IMG/VR virus record: IMGVR_UViG_3300027736_000002
Span: 1-54,919 of that record
Source: a virus
Lineage: Duplodnaviria > Caudoviricetes
Length of the DNA stretch: 54,919 bases
Strand: one strand, 5' to 3'
Under the pieces are notes generated by a model. The model did no database searches. It had not been told where the DNA came from and saw nothing but the letters and a program-made list of their open reading frames with translations. A program made the translations under genes and the position numbers. Below, piece by piece: positions 28,654 through 36,249 of the stretch (its first letter is position 1; every line of letters starts with the position of its first letter).

Positions 28654-29768
28654 GATGGTTGCCGACCTTCTCTATGCTTGATGTGATTTATGTTGAATAT
28701 TTTTGAACGGTCTACGCTGTCATAGCCTCTAGGCTGGATGTATTGCTCGCAGTACCGAATCAAGTCACAACCGGGAGCAGCATCTTCAACGTCCATCGGT
28801 CTAGAGTTGAACAAGTCACAAAACATTCTTGTGCCGGTATCATAAAAGCTTTGTTTGCCCATTTTGCCTATAGGCTTAAAGACCAGCTCAAGGGCTGCTG
28901 TTGCATTTGCGCCATGATAGCAGTTTGAATTCTCATCAACGAGTTCTGGAAAGTACTCAGCAATGTCCATGACCCAGGCGGTTAGAACAAACTTGAACCT
29001 TCTCCATCCATGCAGTGTCTGCCAGTCTAAGCACCAGTCAACAGCGGATTGGATTTTTATCGGTTCTGATTGGTCAACCAACCAATTAAAAAAGTCTCGG
29101 GCAAGCTTAGGGGCTATGTCAACTAGGTACTCACGGCCTCCTTGACTATAGGCTGCCGAAGGCTTGTTAAACGAAGGTATTTGGTTGCCCATTGAACTAA
29201 ACATCGGGCCTTCAAAATCTTTGATCAACCGCCTAATTGAGTCCTCACCGTCTGCGTTCTTGCAGAGGTAAGGGACTGGCGAGTTGTACCAGCCATGCGG
29301 TGGCAGCTTAGCGTCACCGATCATGGCAAAGCTTGCACCTGAACCACAAATCCTGTGCACAAGAAAAATGTAGAACCATTCTGCATCGTTGAACTTGTCA
29401 GCGTAGCCTTCACATGCATAGCCGTGTTTGACATTCCATTTGTGTTTTGGATTGTCTTTGCCTAAAAACATTTCTTGTGGCACGTTTGAAAAGCCAGCAG
29501 CCCATCGGCTGACTGTGTCATAGATGTGAATGTTGTCTTGTAAAGGGCAGCCACTTTTAGTAGACTCAGGCAACATGCCAACGTTACGGTCTTGCAGCAA
29601 CTTAGCTCTATGGTGATACGCAACCGCTTCTAAGAAGTAGATCGACGGCTCTAGGTTGTAGTCTGAACAAAGATCCCATTCTTTGTTCAGTGCATCACGA
29701 TACGGATGCCTATCAATTTCATGCAACTCCAATGAGTGCAGTAGTTCAGGGCTATGGTTTAGCATCAT
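28650..29768 (-). CDS. HhH-glycosylase-fold DNA hypermodification protein (aGPT-PPase family: 5-hmdU DNA kinase / amino acid:DNA transferase relatives)
   Basis: FKFVLTAWVMDIAEYFP...YHGANATAAL...MDVEDAAPGCDLIRY resembles the F..D / G.GA / D.E...C...Y pattern of this family; gene context. Confidence 0.55.
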   Translation of the reverse strand: MMLNHSPELLHSLELHEIDRHPYRDALNKEWDLCSDYNLEPSIYFLEAVAYHHRAKLLQDRNVGMLPESTKSGCPLQDNIHIYDTVSRWAAGFSNVPQEMFLGKDNPKHKWNVKHGYACEGYADKFNDAEWFYIFLVHRICGSGASFAMIGDAKLPPHGWYNSPVPYLCKNADGEDSIRRLIKDFEGPMFSSMGNQIPSFNKPSAAYSQGGREYLVDIAPKLARDFFNWLVDQSEPIKIQSAVDWCLDWQTLHGWRRFKFVLTAWVMDIAEYFPELVDENSNCYHGANATAALELVFKPIGKMGKQSFYDTGTRMFCDLFNSRPMDVEDAAPGCDLIRYCEQYIQPRGYDSVDRSKIFNINHIKHREGRQPS

Positions 29769-30691
29769 GGCCCACGCTCCAGGTCAGACATGTCACCCCA
29801 TTCCCGCTGGCTTTTTAAGGGTATATTTTGGACTTGTTTATACTGAGCCACTACTTTGTCATCGGTGCCAACGTTTATGAAGATTGAGTCATCTATGCCA
29901 AAATTTTCAAAGTCTTCCCAGCACTTGGCATCATAGTTTGCCGTTGACGGGAAAGGTGGCCGTTTGTTTAGTGGTACGTCTTTCAAAAACGGTTGAGATG
30001 ATGACCATAGGATTGCATTGCCAATCTCACCATCATGCATATTACGAGCAACGATCACGCCACGGCAAGCTGCTTTAGGCCAAGCTATTTGCAATGCACG
30101 AATGGCTGTTCCAGTAGACACCGACATCCAAATCTCACTAGGATCTTTACCTAGTTGTTCAGTGACAAGTCCTGCAAGATTGATGATGCCGGCTGTGACC
30201 AATGGTGTTTTGCCAAGTCCAAAAGGCAAGTACTTTGCCCCATGCTTTTCAGCCCACTTCTTAGCATAGCTGTTTAAGGTTGGCATTGCTGCAATCTTGA
30301 TAAAACGCAAGTCAGACCCATAAGACAACAGTGCTTTTTGATGCATTGAAGGTTCGCCTGATGCTGGACAAAAGAACACGCAATGTTTGCCATAGAGTTT
30401 GGCAAGGGTTGCAATTGCATCCATAGCCATACCTACGCGAGGAGCACAATAGACTAAAACGTCTTCTTTGCACTCCGCTATCAACTGCTCAGCGCCGTAG
30501 CCTTTCAAGCTGCTAGCACTAGCATCGCCTCTGAACACCCACTTTTTACCATGGGGCCGTACTACTGGGGCTGACAGCTTTGACTTAAAGCCATTGCGCA
30601 TTGCAATGTAGTAGGACCTTGCATCATGTCTGCCCCAGCCTGCCGGAATGTCCATGTTTGACTTGCTAGTTGTGCACGTGAAGATACTCAT
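29765..30691 (-). CDS. PLP-dependent enzyme, fold type II, like phage hypermodification decarboxylases
   Basis: VFRGD...SLKGYGA (Schiff-base Lys), SVSTGTAIRALQ phosphate loop, PPFPSTANYDAKCW. Confidence 0.75.
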   Translation of the reverse strand: MSIFTCTTSKSNMDIPAGWGRHDARSYYIAMRNGFKSKLSAPVVRPHGKKWVFRGDASASSLKGYGAEQLIAECKEDVLVYCAPRVGMAMDAIATLAKLYGKHCVFFCPASGEPSMHQKALLSYGSDLRFIKIAAMPTLNSYAKKWAEKHGAKYLPFGLGKTPLVTAGIINLAGLVTEQLGKDPSEIWMSVSTGTAIRALQIAWPKAACRGVIVARNMHDGEIGNAILWSSSQPFLKDVPLNKRPPFPSTANYDAKCWEDFENFGIDDSIFINVGTDDKVVAQYKQVQNIPLKSQREWGDMSDLERGP

Positions 30692-31644
30692 AGTTGACCC
30701 CAATCAAAACGACGGTAAAAAGGAGGTGCAATGTGCACCGATGAGTTGAGCTCCATGAAAATGTTTGCATACTCTTCAGGGTCTACGGAGTACCAGCTGC
30801 TTGGCGGACTGATCAAGCATTGTTGGCTCATTTTGTCCATAAACAATTCAGTCCAATACCGCCTTTGATCTACTGTACCAGTGAATGGGGTTCCTTTATA
30901 AAAACCGGTTTGAGGGATCTTGCGCTTTTCCCATTCGATCGGTACAGGGGCGGCAATTTCAACTTGAATGTCATACTCACTGTTTAAAAAGTTGGCCACA
31001 TCGGCATAGTTGCTGCATAAGTCAATGACGGCTTGTTTAGGGGCGCTCTGTCGACCGATATGATGTCGGATGTCTATTGATCCACAGACTAAAGTTACGC
31101 GCCTTGGTTTGTGAACCAAGCGGCCTATTTGCTCAACAAAATAGCCTTTTTGTAATGCCCCATGCAACGTTAGTCCGTTTGTCCGGATTACACCTGAACC
31201 GCTAGCTGCAAAGGCCGTTGAGTGGCTGTCACCGATTGCGACTACGTCGTTTTTAAGATCTTGTTGGGTCAGTGTTGTCGAGGCTTGAAGGCGCGCATCT
31301 AGATTGGCCAAAAGGGCAGACGTCAGCCTAGTTGAGCATGTGGCCTGGCCTAAGCGTTTAGACAATTGGTGTGCATAGTTTGGCATAGGCCAATCCAAGC
31401 TGACTAGTTGTCCTTTGTAGTTTGCCAATTCTTCAAGCTTGTCAACTAAGCCTTCACTGACCCCTCCGAACAAATTGAGCACTCCGCCAAAATTGACGCC
31501 ATGCTCCACGTATAGGATTGGGCAAGTTAGCGGGTCAGTTGGCCCAGCAACAGGCACGCCAAGACATTCTGCCCAATGCATGGCCCAGCCACGCACATGG
31601 CTTTTTGGACGGACAGGTATGTTTTGAAATGGGTTGTAAATCAT
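30688..31644 (-). CDS. Two-domain protein: N-terminal T4 beta-glucosyltransferase-like acceptor domain plus C-terminal SGNH-like domain
   Basis: LNLFGG...LANYKGQLVSLDWPMP resembles recalled T4 BGT INFFGG...MAKYKSKIYYLFTDIRLP; VAIGDSHS, GSIDIRHH and SSVH fit SGNH blocks. Confidence 0.5.
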   Translation of the reverse strand: MIYNPFQNIPVRPKSHVRGWAMHWAECLGVPVAGPTDPLTCPILYVEHGVNFGGVLNLFGGVSEGLVDKLEELANYKGQLVSLDWPMPNYAHQLSKRLGQATCSTRLTSALLANLDARLQASTTLTQQDLKNDVVAIGDSHSTAFAASGSGVIRTNGLTLHGALQKGYFVEQIGRLVHKPRRVTLVCGSIDIRHHIGRQSAPKQAVIDLCSNYADVANFLNSEYDIQVEIAAPVPIEWEKRKIPQTGFYKGTPFTGTVDQRRYWTELFMDKMSQQCLISPPSSWYSVDPEEYANIFMELNSSVHIAPPFYRRFDWGQL

Positions 31645-32378
31645 TTTACAAGCCCGATGTGCCGTGGATAGATGTGCAAAGATCCTGCATTCCAGTACAT
31701 GTTGCCTTTGACTAAGTCAGGATAGGTTTGTTGCAGCCTGATCAAAGCAAAGTCGTGGACAGTATTTTGCCAAAAGTAGTCACCTTTATACCCATAGACT
31801 GCATCATTAGAACGCATGTTGACGATGTGGTTCAGCTGGCCGTCACGGATAAGTAGCTGAGTGCTGTACGTGCACATGAAGTCACGCATGCCGTCGATGA
31901 CCGAGTCTTCATGCATCGAGGGTCGAATGTAAATGATCACGGCTTGCCGGCTCTCTTTGTTTAAGACAAGGGAGTCAATTGCCTTATGGAATTGATAGCC
32001 GTTCTCAGCGCTAAAGACACACCATCCATAGTTTGAGTTGATCCGACCCTTCTTGCTTGCAACTTGTTGCCAGACCGCAGGCACAGGCGGAGCAATGTCA
32101 TTAGTGTTCAACGACTGGCTCATGTACCAACGCAGCTCACGAGCATTCCATTCGGCATTCACTTCACCAAAAATGGAAGGCTCATCGGCTATGAATGATG
32201 CATTGACAATCTCCAACATTCCAGATTCGTTTGGCTTCATAGCCTTGAACTGGTCTCGGATGCCTTGGACTGCTGTAAAGTAAGGTTTAACTGGTTTGAG
32301 CCTCGTTATCTGATCAAACAGTTTCTTTCCACGGTTGTAGAATTCTTTGTCTTTTCCTGTGCTGTTATCCTTACTCAT
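31641..32378 (-). CDS. dCMP hydroxymethylase (T4 gp42-like, thymidylate synthase fold)
   Basis: INSNYGW, YIRPSM, DFMCT (catalytic Cys), MRSNDAVYGYKGDYFWQ with Asp at the cytosine-specificity position, GSLHIYPRH. Confidence 0.88.
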   Translation of the reverse strand: MSKDNSTGKDKEFYNRGKKLFDQITRLKPVKPYFTAVQGIRDQFKAMKPNESGMLEIVNASFIADEPSIFGEVNAEWNARELRWYMSQSLNTNDIAPPVPAVWQQVASKKGRINSNYGWCVFSAENGYQFHKAIDSLVLNKESRQAVIIYIRPSMHEDSVIDGMRDFMCTYSTQLLIRDGQLNHIVNMRSNDAVYGYKGDYFWQNTVHDFALIRLQQTYPDLVKGNMYWNAGSLHIYPRHIGLVK

Positions 32379-33127
32379 TACTTGCTCCCTACAAAGCGGT
32401 CATCTTTATCTTTGTTGTGGGCTGTATGCTCCATCAGAATAAAGAGTTGGGTTCCAGCATGGGCAAGGTGGGGCAGCCCTGATTCTGGATCAGTGTCTTC
32501 ACCTTGCCAGAAAGCAAAAAGATGCCGTATGATGGAGCCATAGGTACGTGACCAAGCAACAGTCTCGCCTTGACGGTACGAGTTGGCAAAGTACTTCTTG
32601 GCACCAAAGCCAAACACATTGGCAACTTGCATCATTGGGTCTATTGGTAGCAGATCTACTCGCACCTTTGTTGCGTCAAACTTAGGTGCAAAGCCAGGTT
32701 GGATTGTGCCATCTGAGCTAGGTGCAATTGGGGATAGTGCAGGAACTCGGTCAATGATTTGTTCAAGTTCTGCTTCAGGGCCAATCCAACCTTTAGGTTT
32801 GACTAGGTCACGCTTGAAGCCACCACGCTTATCACCATTTTGGCCAACTTCTTTGGCCATGTTTGCCTTCATGACCTTCTCAAAGCCTTCAAGCAAAGGC
32901 AGCCCTTGTCTGTCAAGAGTGCCAACAGCAAACACGATCAGATCGAGAAGGGCGTCGTACTCATCGACCAATGTAGTTGCGGCGTTGTACTCATCAAGTT
33001 CCTCTTGCAAAGCTTTGACTCGAAAGGCTTTTTCATGAGGATCAAGATGCCAAGGCACGCCAATGCTTGATGTCAAACCAAATTTTTTGTGCATGGCCTT
33101 GACAAGGCCCATAATCCTGCTTTCCAT
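32378..33127 (-). CDS. Fused dNTP pyrophosphohydrolase: MazG/PRA-PH-like domain plus DUF5664-type (dATP/dGTP diphosphohydrolase) domain
   Basis: N-half LQEELDEY...DALLDL...ANMAK...DLVKPKGW; C-half KFDATKVRVDLLP...GAKKY...RHL...DPESGLPHLAHA. Confidence 0.8.
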   Translation of the reverse strand: MESRIMGLVKAMHKKFGLTSSIGVPWHLDPHEKAFRVKALQEELDEYNAATTLVDEYDALLDLIVFAVGTLDRQGLPLLEGFEKVMKANMAKEVGQNGDKRGGFKRDLVKPKGWIGPEAELEQIIDRVPALSPIAPSSDGTIQPGFAPKFDATKVRVDLLPIDPMMQVANVFGFGAKKYFANSYRQGETVAWSRTYGSIIRHLFAFWQGEDTDPESGLPHLAHAGTQLFILMEHTAHNKDKDDRFVGSK

Positions 33128-33199
33128 AACTAACTCCTTCGTATTGATTAAACGGGCTTTTCACCCGATCGACGCATTGACCTGCGCTAAGGTTTGTTT

Positions 33200-33724
33200 T
33201 TAGCCGAGCAAGTCGGCATCTTCTTTGGCAAAGTTGGCAAAGTCATCAGAAGCTTCAGTGCGACCACTAAAGGCCTCACCGTCTTTGACTTTCATGATGT
33301 TGTCCAAAGCAATCGACACGCCTTTGCCACCAGTAGGATGCTCCCAAGCATAAGCTCGGATTGACGCCCTGTAGTAAGCACCGCTATAGATCTCATTGGC
33401 ATCCATGATGGGTTTCAGAGAGGCATCAACAATGCCTGGCTTGTTGTTTGACGTGGCTTGCACGCTGTAGCAGCCCGCAAACTCAGGCCTTTCTTCTTCA
33501 TCACCATCTTTGACAGGCGACTTCATCTTTGGAGGGATTTTGCCCCATTTTGCTTTGGCTGTCTCATCAACCATTTTGTTGAGATCAGTCCAGAACGAAC
33601 TCTTTTTAGGCAGTGGGATGGTGATTTGGTAACGAGGCTTTGCACCTTCAACGCCTTTAATGGCATGCGGTTCAAGTACGTGCACAAAAGATCCACGGAA
33701 CTCAGGGGTAACAAGCTTTGACAT
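33200..33724 (-). CDS. ssb: Single-stranded DNA-binding protein (DUF2815 / T7 gp2.5-like)
   Basis: SPVKDGDE, IYSGAYYRASI, KGVSIALDNIMKVKDGEAFSG, acidic tail. Confidence 0.85.
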   Translation of the reverse strand: MSKLVTPEFRGSFVHVLEPHAIKGVEGAKPRYQITIPLPKKSSFWTDLNKMVDETAKAKWGKIPPKMKSPVKDGDEEERPEFAGCYSVQATSNNKPGIVDASLKPIMDANEIYSGAYYRASIRAYAWEHPTGGKGVSIALDNIMKVKDGEAFSGRTEASDDFANFAKEDADLLG

Positions 33725-33781
33725 TTTTAGTCCTTAAAACATTGATGAAAATGGGAGTCTTTCCTCCCTGTCATTTGGTCG

Positions 33782-34753
33782 TTAGACCACATCCATTAGC
33801 AACTCACGTGCTTTGTTCTTGAGAGTGTTGCCGTAACCAAACCATGCTGCATTCTGGTTAAGGCCATGATCAACGTGCTCAGTCACAGCATTGAGCAATC
33901 CCCAAGCTGTGCCTTCTGCTTCTGGCAGCTCATTGCCGATGGCTTGTCCATTGAACAAAGCCATGATAGACTGGAAAGCCTTTGTTTTTTCTACTGGCAC
34001 AACTTCCATCTTTTTGATGCCATCAACAAACTTAGTTGACATCGATGTAGGCAACAGCTTTTTAAGGAACTCAACCGCAAAGGTTGCATTGATTTGCTGT
34101 TTTGCAAGACGGCGTGAGTCGATCAAGAACTTTTCAAAGCCATTCAAAGCAATGCCAAGATCTAGTGCTGTGTCTTTTGCGCTGAACTCTTTTGAATGAT
34201 TGATACGGACCGTGTCACCAGACTCAGCTGAAGCATAACCGAGAGTGTTGCTGCACACAACACGGACTGAGGTAAATCGCGCCGTGGTTGCAAGAGTACC
34301 GTCATATGATGTTGCCAACAGGACATATGGTTTGACAACATCCTGGCCAATTATGGTAGCTCCATCATTGACTTTGGCCATTGCCCAGATACGCTTGCCA
34401 CCTGAGAGTGCGCCTGCTGATTCCAGTTCAAAGTGATTGTTCTCGGCAAGCTTGGCAAAAAAGTCCAACACATCTGCTGGTTGAACGATGTTGTAGTCAT
34501 TGCTGACAACACCGAGAGGGGCAAACGTGTCTGACCGATAGAGAACATCTTTGTTTGGGTACGCGGCAAACGAACCCTCGCTGTCTTGATACTGAACCGT
34601 TGAGCGGTTAACCGTGTGCGTCAAGCCTGCAGCTTTTGCCCACACGCCGATAGGCTGACCGGCTTCAAGAATCTGACCGAGACCATGCCATGCACCTTTT
34701 TTAGCAAGTGCAACGTTTGCTTGACCATTTGAGAAATCTAGTTCGTGTGCCAT
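33782..34753 (-). CDS. DUF932 family phage/plasmid protein
   Basis: MAHEL start; AWHGLG, LGVVSNDYNIVQ, AGALSGGKRIW, TSVRVVCSNTL, GTAWGLLNAVTEHVDH. Confidence 0.85.
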   Translation of the reverse strand: MAHELDFSNGQANVALAKKGAWHGLGQILEAGQPIGVWAKAAGLTHTVNRSTVQYQDSEGSFAAYPNKDVLYRSDTFAPLGVVSNDYNIVQPADVLDFFAKLAENNHFELESAGALSGGKRIWAMAKVNDGATIIGQDVVKPYVLLATSYDGTLATTARFTSVRVVCSNTLGYASAESGDTVRINHSKEFSAKDTALDLGIALNGFEKFLIDSRRLAKQQINATFAVEFLKKLLPTSMSTKFVDGIKKMEVVPVEKTKAFQSIMALFNGQAIGNELPEAEGTAWGLLNAVTEHVDHGLNQNAAWFGYGNTLKNKARELLMDVV

Positions 34754-34766
34754 TTTAGACCTTTTA

Positions 34767-34834
34767 ACATTGAGACGGCGACATTGCCGTGATTGCATTG
34801 TACAACACTTTTAGGCCTGTACACAACTATTTTG
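34767..34834 (-). promoter_or_regulatory. Repeated early promoter/leader element, copy 2
   Basis: TTGTGT-N18-TACAAT, ACGGC-AATGTC-GCCGT, CTCAATGT. Confidence 0.8.
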
Positions 34835-35936
34835 AGCTTTTTGCAAAATCTTTTTTTGCGGACTGAGTCTTGTCCACGGATGACCGCTTGTCTTTCTCAG
34901 GAGCAATGGTTGGTTGGCCAACGTCTACCTTGATCAAGGCGCTCATGTCTAGGCTTTCAGCTTTAAGAGCAATCTCCATTTGAGCCACGCTAAGCAAGAC
35001 TGACTTTGTATAGATCTGGTCATAGCCTTGTTTTTTCAACCATAACTCGGTTTTTGGCACGTCTTGCCATGACCTAGTCTTACGGCCTTCAACAACTTTC
35101 CAGCCAGGGATCAAGCCTCCGGTCAGTAAGATGTCTTTTGCTTTGGCTTCTACTGCTTCGACAAACGCGCTGAGCACCGACAACTTAGGCAACCATTCCT
35201 CTATAAGGTCCATTCCAACTGGCTTAGTCTTGAAGTCAATGGCTGCAGCCTCATTGGCTAAGCGGTTCATCTCTGGGCATTTGGCTTTTGCACGACACCA
35301 TTTGCAGGCTTTCTCGCTAGCCACAAACTTGTTAGGTTCGTTTTGAATGGCTGCGTAAGAACGCTTTAGTTCTTCAGCAAATGCTAAGAGTTCCTTTAGT
35401 TCAATGGTCCAGCTGTCAATACTGTTCATCGGTGGTTGAACGATAGTCATCATGATCGTGTCTACGTCGTACACAAGGCCGTATTTAAGGTAAGCACCCA
35501 ATGCATAGCAGAGCAACTGCGTGTTGCCTTCAGCCTCTACGCGCACACCGCTGCCGGTTTTAAGATCAATGACACGCATCAATGAACCATCAATGACGAT
35601 GGCGTCTGCGGTACCCCAGCAATCATTAATGACTTCTGCAAGTGTGACCTTTTCTTCGTAAAACTTTTGGCCGTTGAGGGCTTGGATGTAGTTGACATAG
35701 ACTTGAACAAGCTCAGCCATTTCATGCGTGATGATGTGGCCATTGATCGTCTTGCCAACAAACATGGTTGGTTCAAGGCCTTTAGTCAGACAAAGGTCAG
35801 ACACTGTGTGCATTGCAGTGCCTTTCTCTGCATAGATGCTTGAGTCGCCACCTTTGATGTCAGGTTCCAGATGGACGCTGCCTGGGCAAGTCATCCATCT
35901 AGAGCTAGCACTCGGTGAGAGCTTAGCGTGCTTCAT
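34827..35936 (-). CDS. DUF2800 / Cas4-like PD-(D/E)XK exonuclease
   Basis: HAKLSPSASSRWMTCPGS, EKGTAMH, WGTADA, IDLKTG, QLLCYALG, CKWCRAKAKC. Confidence 0.88.
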   Translation of the reverse strand: MKHAKLSPSASSRWMTCPGSVHLEPDIKGGDSSIYAEKGTAMHTVSDLCLTKGLEPTMFVGKTINGHIITHEMAELVQVYVNYIQALNGQKFYEEKVTLAEVINDCWGTADAIVIDGSLMRVIDLKTGSGVRVEAEGNTQLLCYALGAYLKYGLVYDVDTIMMTIVQPPMNSIDSWTIELKELLAFAEELKRSYAAIQNEPNKFVASEKACKWCRAKAKCPEMNRLANEAAAIDFKTKPVGMDLIEEWLPKLSVLSAFVEAVEAKAKDILLTGGLIPGWKVVEGRKTRSWQDVPKTELWLKKQGYDQIYTKSVLLSVAQMEIALKAESLDMSALIKVDVGQPTIAPEKDKRSSVDKTQSAKKDFAKSSK

Positions 35937-36249
35937 TGACCAATTCCATAGTTTGTTGGAATTGCTCTTCACCGATCTCGCTGACCTTTTTGACTCCAAG
36001 TTCAGCCAGGATGGCAAGAGCTTGTTCACGCTTGCCTGCGCCAATCAGTTTGGCCATTGCTTGGCGAATGTGGTCAAGCGTAAGTGGCTCAATCTCCACT
36101 TGTTTGGCTGGCTTTTTAGGGGTTGACACCTCTTGCTCAACAGCCTTAGGTTCCTCTTGTTCAACGGCCTTGGGTGTTGGTGCCTCTTCAGCCAAATCAA
36201 ACAATTCGGCCAACTCACGCAGCTTGGCTGCAATCAATTTTTCATTCAT
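35923..36249 (-). CDS. Nested in-frame 108-aa protein with its own RBS (helicase C-terminal segment)
   Basis: AAGGAG-N9-ATG at 36249; MNEKLIAAKLRELAE...KREQALAILAELGVKKVSEI. Confidence 0.6.
   Translation of the reverse strand: MNEKLIAAKLRELAELFDLAEEAPTPKAVEQEEPKAVEQEVSTPKKPAKQVEIEPLTLDHIRQAMAKLIGAGKREQALAILAELGVKKVSEIGEEQFQQTMELVNEAR

Noticed and set aside
31641-32378. Ordinary thymidylate synthase ThyA
   Set aside because: It lacks the ThyA PCH and PFN signatures and has DFMCT and Asp at the specificity position, matching T4 gp42
32378-33127. Sign of a 2-aminoadenine (Z) or 7-deazaguanine genome
   Set aside because: No purZ, queC/D/E, folE or dpdA homologue is recognisable
34827-35936. 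Cas4-like nuclease as evidence of a CRISPR-Cas system
   Set aside because: It is a DUF2800-type exonuclease in the usual helicase-nuclease-SSB-polymerase module; no other cas genes
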